Origin: Steroidobacteraceae bacterium
GTDB taxonomy: Bacteria > Pseudomonadota > Gammaproteobacteria > Steroidobacterales > Steroidobacteraceae
Direction: 5' to 3'
Length of the DNA: 24,000 bases
Assembly: GCA_036273735.1 (NCBI GenBank)
Contig: DASUHA010000033.1
Location: 23,978-47,977 of the forward strand
The notes beneath the pieces were generated by a model that was not told the origin of the DNA, made no database searches, and saw only the letters and a program-made list of their open reading frames with translations. The position numbers and the translations under genes are program-made. This document shows, one piece after another, positions 23,479 through 24,000 of this stretch (the stretch's first letter is position 1; each line of letters begins with the position of its first letter).

Positions 23479-23510
23479 GTGTGACGCCATCTCACCGTGG
23501 AGTCCCGCCC

Positions 23511-24000
23511 ATGAATCGCCCAGCTCAATTTGCGATTGCGTTAGCCGCCGCCTGTCTTCCACTGCTCAGTCTCGCCTCGAGCCACCGCGAGGCGCCCTTC
23601 ATAGCGGGGATGCCCAGAGCGGACGCCACCGATCTCTATCTCTTCAGGAGCTACGAGCCCGGCCGCAGCGCCTACGTGACCATCATAGCGAACTATATCC
23701 CGTTTCAGGATCCATCCGGAGGGCCCAACTTCTATCCGTTGGATAGTCATGCGGTGTATTCCATAAACATCGATACCGACGGCTCGGGGAGAGCAGACCT
23801 GGCGTACCGGTTCCGATTTCGGAACGTGCAGAGGAATCTTGCCGTCAATTCCGGCGGCATGCGCATTCCGGTTCCGCTCATCAACATCGGCGTCGTAGAC
23901 CAGAACGGCAAGAACGTCAATGTCGAGCAGACCTACACCGTAACGCTGGAGCGCAATGGGGTCCGACGACCGGTAGGTAATGCGACGTCCGGCGGGACGA
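23511..24000 (+). CDS. DUF4331-family secreted protein (3' end outside window)
   Basis: ATG 23511, frame open to the window end (absent from the ORF track for that reason). Signal peptide MNRPAQFAIALAAACLPLLSLA followed by the family-defining SSHREAPFIAG...DATDLYLF...IANYIPFQDPSGGPNFYPLD...YSINIDTDGSG. Confidence 0.85.
   Translation, partial: MNRPAQFAIALAAACLPLLSLASSHREAPFIAGMPRADATDLYLFRSYEPGRSAYVTIIANYIPFQDPSGGPNFYPLDSHAVYSINIDTDGSGRADLAYRFRFRNVQRNLAVNSGGMRIPVPLINIGVVDQNGKNVNVEQTYTVTLERNGVRRPVGNATSGGT

Noticed and set aside
22017-23484. Plus-strand ORFs 22017-22751 and 22810-23484
   Set aside because: They are antisense to the RskA and ECF sigma genes, both of which have clear domain signatures and ATGA coupling.
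1-24000. CRISPR arrays, rRNA genes, intact IS elements or prophage genes
   Set aside because: No regularly spaced direct repeats, rRNA-like sequence or complete transposase or integrase genes were seen on reading both strands.

Overview
High-GC bacterial chromosomal segment. The gene content looks proteobacterial, but the taxon cannot be assigned from sequence alone.

Left to right:
- Housekeeping genes: the 3' end of gltX, cysS, convergent folD and tRNA-Pro(TGG).
- A MarR/EmrA/EmrB-type efflux operon with a near-consensus promoter and two CCTAGG-centred palindromes.
- A long minus-strand block. A CYTH-CHAD protein and a SixA-like phosphohistidine phosphatase are followed by a stressosome-type module (PAS-STAS RsbR, RsbS, RsbT). 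That module is translationally coupled to an RsbW-like kinase::PP2C fusion and a sensor-less hybrid histidine kinase.
- A tRNA-Arg/His/Lys cluster, followed by decayed integrase and transposase fragments and a ~1.7 kb lower-GC patch holding an orphan lipoprotein and a frameshifted Sel1-like gene. This looks like an eroded tRNA-Lys island.
- The right third is stress-themed. It holds a ChrR-type anti-sigma/ECF sigma pair preceded by a small CxxC protein, a stand-alone ATP-dependent DNA ligase, a YdaD/YghA-type SDR, a DUF190 protein, a small exported protein and an OsmC-family protein. A second ECF sigma/RskA pair lies divergent from a DUF4331 secreted protein that runs off the window.

No rRNA, CRISPR array or intact mobile element was seen. 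Many long ORFs in the supplied track are antisense or alternate-frame artefacts of high GC.

Best candidates for follow-up are the stressosome-to-hybrid-kinase operon with its SixA/CYTH-CHAD neighbours, and the small-Zn-protein/ECF/ChrR/ligase cluster. All functional calls rest on motif recognition by eye; no database search was run.
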